Below, piece by piece: positions 58,670 to 64,000 of a stretch of DNA of 64,000 bases. The notes under the pieces are model-generated. The model was not told the DNA's origin and did not search any database. It was given only the letters and a program-made list of their open reading frames with translations. This DNA is from Felis catus (taxonomy: Eukaryota): NCBI RefSeq assembly GCF_018350175.1, contig NC_058368.1, positions 35,652,001-35,716,000 on the forward strand. Direction: 5' to 3'. Both the position numbers and the translations under genes were made by a program. Numbering within the stretch: the stretch's first letter is position 1; every line of letters begins with the position of its first letter.

Positions 58670-59359
58670 AGAAGGGACCTGTATATGGAGATGCAGGGAC
58701 CCTCCCACCAGGGACAGTTTGTCCAAAGTAGTGAATCTTTTTTTTTTTTTTTCAGTCCTAGAAGGGGGGATCTTCTTCTCTTTAACCACAAGCTAAAAGC
58801 TTTCTAGTCTCATGTTCCCTTATGGCGTACGCATCGCCTGTGACTGCAGGCGTTCAGAAGTTCTAGGTGAACAGCAGAATGCTAAGGGAAGAGCATCCAT
58901 CATTGGACGTCAACATGAAACTTACCTCAAAACTTTTCAGACGACTACTTCAAAAGAAGAAAGAAACATTAAGGGGTTTGTTAGGGATCTGAGTAGGCAG
59001 CATTAGGGGAAAAAATGCAGAGACAGTGTGTTCTGTATCTCAAGTTTACCTTTATTGTTCCAAAGAAAAGCAGGGATCTTAAAAGACTGTCATCTTAAAG
59101 CACAATGTGTCGAGTTAAAGATAGAGTAGCAATATTAATGGAATTGCCTTGCTTTCGTGGGTTTAAGGCAAATCCTTAACATTATTTTCCTGCCGTTTTC
59201 TAAATTAAATTTATAAGAAATATTATGTATCCTGCTGTGCAAAGTGAAAGCTGTATTCTTGTAAAGGGCTTATAATCATATTAAAAAGCTGGAGGGTAAA
59301 GTTTGTTCATGCCATCAAAGTCACAAAGTAAAAAATAGAGTTTTACATTGTGCATTTTT

Positions 59360-59570
59360 ATAATGGTAATACCTTTTGGGGTATGTAACACCACAAAGTG
59401 CTTCACTGATATTGTTTTGTTAATCCTTAGAACATCCCCGATGGGGAGGTATGTTTTTATCTCCACTTTGCATATGGGAAAACTGAGGCACAGCAAGTGT
59501 CAGCAATTTGCCTTGGCTGCCAGTGGCTTAGCAGCCCGGCTTGTGCTGAAACTCAGGCTCTTAGCCTGAA
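59360..59570 (-). mobile_element. MIR fragment
   Basis: TTAATCCTTAGAACATCCCCGATGGGGAGGTA..CTCCACTTTGCATATGGGAAAACTGAGGCACAG. Confidence 0.7.
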
Positions 59571-60979
59571 GACGATTCCTACCGTTCATCAGATGACAGT
59601 CATCCTTCTAATCTACCTTTCTGCAGGTACCGAAATAGCTCCAGGAGGACTTCTGCATCACTCAAATTTTATCTTCAAGTTCTTCAAGAAAAAAAATCCT
59701 ATAAATAGATTTTGTTAATTCCACTACATCTGCTTAACATACTTAGGAACAGTTGGTGGGTTGGAGAGAAGGGTTCAGAGTGGGGGCATTTTTGCAAAGT
59801 TAGTAGGAAACATGGATGCTTTAGGGAAAGCCAAAAGGAACAAGGTTAAGGAGGCGAAGCAAGGCTGGCAGGAAAGCCAGAAGCTGCCAACAGGAGCCTG
59901 GGCACCAGAAACCGCACATCTCCCCCTTAGCTCAAGGAAATTCTGGGCCTTTTAGGAAGTCCCGTTCCTTGGCACAGAGGTTACTCCCCTTTTCCACAGA
60001 TTTAGATTTTACCCTGGCTCTTAAGCTTCTGTGTAACATGCTTTCAACCAACTGGTACACCCCAGGTTTGACTCTCTTGATAGAAGCGTGCAGTAACTTA
60101 AAGTCTTTATCCCTGCCCTGTGTCCTTGCAGGAGTGGGAAGCTTAAAATCTCATTCTCTCTGCTTGTTCCCTTGGTTGTGTGTCCCTTAGTGACACAGAA
60201 GCCAAAGGCTTGAGCGCCTTGCATACAACACAGGTGAATAAAATGATGTTTGGAGCACGGGCCACATAGGCATTAGTCTCAATGTGTCCTTCCTGTGGCC
60301 TCATTGGGATTTAGGCTGCCCCTGTTGTTACGCAAGAGGAAATGTCATTTGTTCAAGGCCAAACAACCAGTAAGGGGTGGGGCTGGGACTCTGTCCCGGG
60401 TCTGACAGGACTCAGCTACCTGCTTATAACTAGCACACAATGCTCCCTCTGATATTCTGGGCTGTGTGAGGTTTCCAAGTGCTCCGTGACACCTGGACTC
60501 TGCCAACAAGGCTGTCCTCTTGGCACGTGTCATCTGCTCAGCATTGTTTGCTGTTTGTGTCTTTGGTATCCCACCACTGAGCCTAAGAAGCATGCCCATT
60601 TCTCTTTTAATTTAAGGGCTTCTTGTCCTTAACACCCTCCATTAAATATTAGGAACATGGTCCCTAGTTCTTTTTCCTGAGAACTTATTTAAAACAAATA
60701 TGGTCAATTTATTTGGATAATTAACATTTTCTGTTCCTTTCCTTCCTATACCCATATGTTTTATGTGTCACTAGTGTTCTGCAAATGCTCGGTTGTTCTC
60801 TGATTTATTTACGCAGATAGTTAATTGACTAGATGGACAGAAGCACATTGTGGAGTATAGTTTCCATTCCAGGATTTAGATTAACAATGGAGGGTGGGGG
60901 GCAGGAAACACAGGGCTTATTCAGCCTGTCTCCTCAAGGACAGTGTACCTGCTCTTACACGGTGTTGGTCGTTAGGGTA

Positions 60980-61423
60980 TCTGCAGCCAACCAGAGTACT
61001 TCCCAGACATGCCAGCAGAGCCCCGGTCATGTCCAGTCACTTCACACCTTTCCGATACATGGGAGTGGCCTCCTGTTGCCAGCACTCAGGGCTCTAAGAG
61101 TATCCACTGGCCATGTGCATGCTCAGCCTGAGAGTAGGGTAGGTCAGAAACACGGGGTCATTACCAACCACCCTCGGAGCAGCCCTAACCAGTGATGAAT
61201 TGTAATGAGCAGATCAGTATCCCATCCTCCTTGCCTCTCAGAACCTTTCTGAGGCATATTCTACACCACCTCCCATTGGCCCTCACAGGATTTAACTTAG
61301 TCACCCACAGAAGTAACCTGCTTATTAACACACCCTGTCTTCACTTCCCTGTCTCACTCCCTCTCTCCCTGCCAGTGTTTCAGATAAACTCAGCGTCAGC
61401 TTTTGGGGAAACAGCTTAACACA
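60980..61423 (+). mobile_element. ERVL solo LTR (LTR16-like)
   Basis: GGAGCAGCCCTAACCAGTGATG..CTGAGGCATATTCTACAC..CACCCACAGAAGTAACCTGCTTATTAACACACCCTG..TTCCCTGTCTCACT..GCTTTTGGGGAAAC..TAACACA matches the LTR16 consensus as recalled. Confidence 0.8.
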
Positions 61424-61711
61424 GCCATGTTTCCTGGACTCTGTTTTCTCTTGTCACACAAAAAACGGACCCATTGAATGACAGTTGGACCGGACTTTCC
61501 ACGTCATCTAGCTCCTCATAGACCTCAGGGTGGAGGGAAGGGCAAGTAGGTAGGACTCTGGCCACTCCCTCCAACAAGAGCAGGAGAAATTTGTGTGTTT
61601 TATCAGTAATCTTCCATTTGAACTATGGAGTCTGAGGGATTTAAACCTTTAAAAAACTGCTTAAAAAACATGGATCTCGGCCAACTTATTTCCCCATGCA
61701 GGAACCCCATC

Positions 61712-62373
61712 TGTGTTAGTTTCCTATTGCTGCTGTAAGAAATTGCCACACACTTAAAAACAACAGACATTTATGGGGTGCCTGGGTGGCTCAGTCGGTT
61801 AAGCATCTGGCTTCGCTTGGGTCATGATCTCGCAGTTCATGAGTTCGAGCCTCGCGTTGCGCTCTGTGCTGACAGCTCAGAGCCTGGAGCCTGCTTTGGA
61901 TTCTGTGTCTCCCTCTGTCTCTGCCCCTCCCTTGCTCTCTCTCTCCCTTTCAAAAATAAATAAATGTCAAAATAAAAAACCCAGACATTTATTCTCTCAG
62001 AGATCTTGGGGCCAAAAGTCCAAAATCAAGGTGTTGGCATGGCCATGCTCACTCCAAGGTCTCTATAGGAGAATCTCTCATCGCCTCTCCCTGTTTCTGG
62101 TGGCTCCAGGTGCTCCCTGGCACATGGCGGGACAGCTGCAATCTCTGCCTCGGTCTTCATGTTACTTTTTCACTGTGTTCGTGTCTTCTCACCTTTTGTC
62201 CTTTATGTAGATTTATATTAGATTCAGGGCCACCCACATAATCCAAGAAGACCTCGTCTTGGGATCCTTAATTATATCTGCAGAGATCCTTTTCTAAATA
62301 AGGTCTTATTCACATGTTTTTGGGGTGAGGACATAAGTCTCTCTTTAGGGGAGCCATCATTCAACCCACAATA
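61712..62373 (-). mobile_element. MaLR solo LTR (MLT1B-like) split by a SINE
   Basis: TGTGTTAGTTTCCTATTGCTGCTGTAAGAAATTGCCACA..AAGTCCAAAATCAAGGTGTTGGCA..ATAAGGTCTTATTCACATG..ATTCAACCCACAATA. Confidence 0.85.
61775..61975 (+). mobile_element. Can-SINE (SINEC_Fc family)
   Basis: Typical body. TSD CAGACATTTAT at 61764-61774 and 61982-61992. Confidence 0.95.
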
Positions 62374-63009
62374 TCATTCATAGCATCTCTGGCCATCACA
62401 ACTCAAACTTGCAATGATCTGCAACTCCTTCCCTCACAGGACAGGTGATTCCATCTTCACTAAACTCTAATTTCATAAAATATAGACTTCATGTTGTACC
62501 CAATATTGTGTTCAAACTGACTGTAACTTTCCCCCTATAAGTCCTGCTTCTGCCTCTAAAGATACCCAGGGGACATTCAATTTCTCTCCAATGAGAGTAA
62601 TGAATAAAGCTGAGCCTAAATATTATTGGTCAAAGAGATGTGGAAGTTTGTGAATCAGGGCAATCTGAACAACTAATTCAACTTAATTCGTCATGTTTAC
62701 TTTGTGCAATGGGCCATGCAGAAGATTCTAAAATTGATAAGAGTCCAGGATCTAGACATCTAGTAAGCTACCATCTAGCAGGGAAATAGGGCATGTTCAT
62801 GCATGACTGAAATGTTCAATATTATACAAATAACTATAACACAGGTAGAAGGTGATGGAGCTCATAAGAGTATTGACAAAATACAGAGGGACCGAGATGA
62901 TAGAGGGTGCACTTTGCCATTCACCTCCAGTCTGTTCTCTACACAGGAGCCAAAACAAGTTTAAGACAAAACAAAACTGAACATGTACTTCAGGTTCAAA
63001 ACGAAATAA

Positions 63010-63520
63010 AATCAGACTCTTAGAATCACCTCCAAAGCTCCTCCTGATTAGGTGCCTGTCTTCCTCCCAGCCTTGTACACCTGTGCACACATCCACATTC
63101 CTCCTTGCTTTCTGGACCAGCCACAGGAGCCCACGATCAGTTCTTCAGATGTGCCAAGCTCTGCTCTGCCCCACAGCTGTCTCCTCAGTTGCTCCTTGAG
63201 CATGGAACTTTCTCACCCCCAATTCTTTGCTTGCTCGCCATTTGTATCTCAGCCTTAAAGACTCTCGATTCTTTGATTTAAATCAAGTCCCCTGTCATAT
63301 TCTCTCAATGTACCTTGACTTTCCATCATACCATTTACTATAGTTTGCAATCACACGCCTGGGTGTGTGATTATCTGTTGGGCGTAGTTCTTTGCCTTTG
63401 GACAGCGAGTTCATGAGGGCCATTGTTTTCCGCAATATCCACATGGCCTATCACAGTACCTGGACGTTAGATGTTCAACAAAGACTTTTGCTGAACAAAT
63501 GATTGAGTGATGAATGAATG
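63010..63520 (+). mobile_element. L2 3' portion
   Basis: Pyrimidine-rich body ending GATGTTCAACAAAGACTTTTGCTGAACAAATGATTGAGTGATGAATGAATG. Confidence 0.65.
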
Positions 63521-63706
63521 AGAGCAATTGGTTAAAAGTACTCCTGAGGGAGGTGACATTTGAGAAGAATTTTGAGGCAGTTGTAGGGACGGGGCAGGAA
63601 AAATATTCCAGGAAAGTGAAGAATGTATAAACAGGAAGTTCAGAGCTTACTATTTGGAAAGCGTCAAAAAATAGAGTTTGGTTTTAATATAAGGACATGT
63701 CTAAGG

Positions 63707-63922
63707 CAGGGATCAGCTAACCTTCTGTAAAGGGCCACATAGTAAATATCTTAGGTTTTGTCAGTCATGTGGTTTCTTGCAGCTATTCAGTTCTGCCTTT
63801 GAAGTGTGAGAGCTGACAAAGATCAAGTGAACACATGGGTGTGCTTGTTCTAACAAAACATTATTTGCAAAAAATGTTGGTAACCCAAATTTGGCTCATG
63901 GTTTACAATTTACTGCCCCCTG
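63707..63922 (+). mobile_element. MER58A (hAT-Charlie MITE)
   Basis: CAGGGATCAGCTAACCTTCTGTAAAGGGCCACATAGTAAATATCTTAGG...TGCCCCCTG. Confidence 0.85.
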
Positions 63923-64000
63923 GTTCAGGGAATAATGAGAGAGCTAAGGGTAATTGGAGGGGGGCACGAGGGGGCTTGCTCGGTTGGCTAAGGGTCTGAC

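Noticed and set aside
2012..62210. Recurrent similar ORFs (MAQ..AQVMIS..SSSP..GSVLTAQSLEPA..) suggesting a gene family
   Set aside because: All are translations of Can-SINE bodies.
1..64000. CRISPR arrays, operons, rRNA genes or a novel multi-gene system
   Set aside because: This is mammalian repeat-rich DNA with no regularly spaced repeat-spacer array, no CpG island and no long coding frames.

Overview
Mammalian, carnivore (very probably felid) genomic DNA, judged from about 17 tRNA-derived Can-SINEs (two near-consensus SINEC_Fc-type copies) and carnivore-type L1 5' UTRs. I can support no intact protein-coding exon or RNA gene: the window looks intergenic or deep-intronic and is dominated by interspersed repeats (L1, L2, CR1/L3, MIR, MaLR/ERVL, ERV1-class solo LTRs, Tigger/Tc2/hAT DNA transposons). 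The only host-gene-derived sequence is a disabled HINT1 processed pseudogene (30865-31440), about 65 bp downstream of a decayed near-full-length L1. The most notable items are a CpG-rich, apparently young gammaretrovirus-like solo LTR with a 4-bp TSD, a TIR-intact Tc1/mariner-type non-autonomous element nested in an old hAT-Charlie fossil, two internally deleted L1s, a poly(A)-only insertion with TSDs, several template-switch-like micro-rearrangements, and a few repeat-free, motif-rich blocks that may be enhancers. I found no convincing evidence of a novel multi-gene system. Repeat subfamily names are from memory of consensus sequences and need RepeatMasker/Dfam confirmation, and boundaries of old repeats are approximate.
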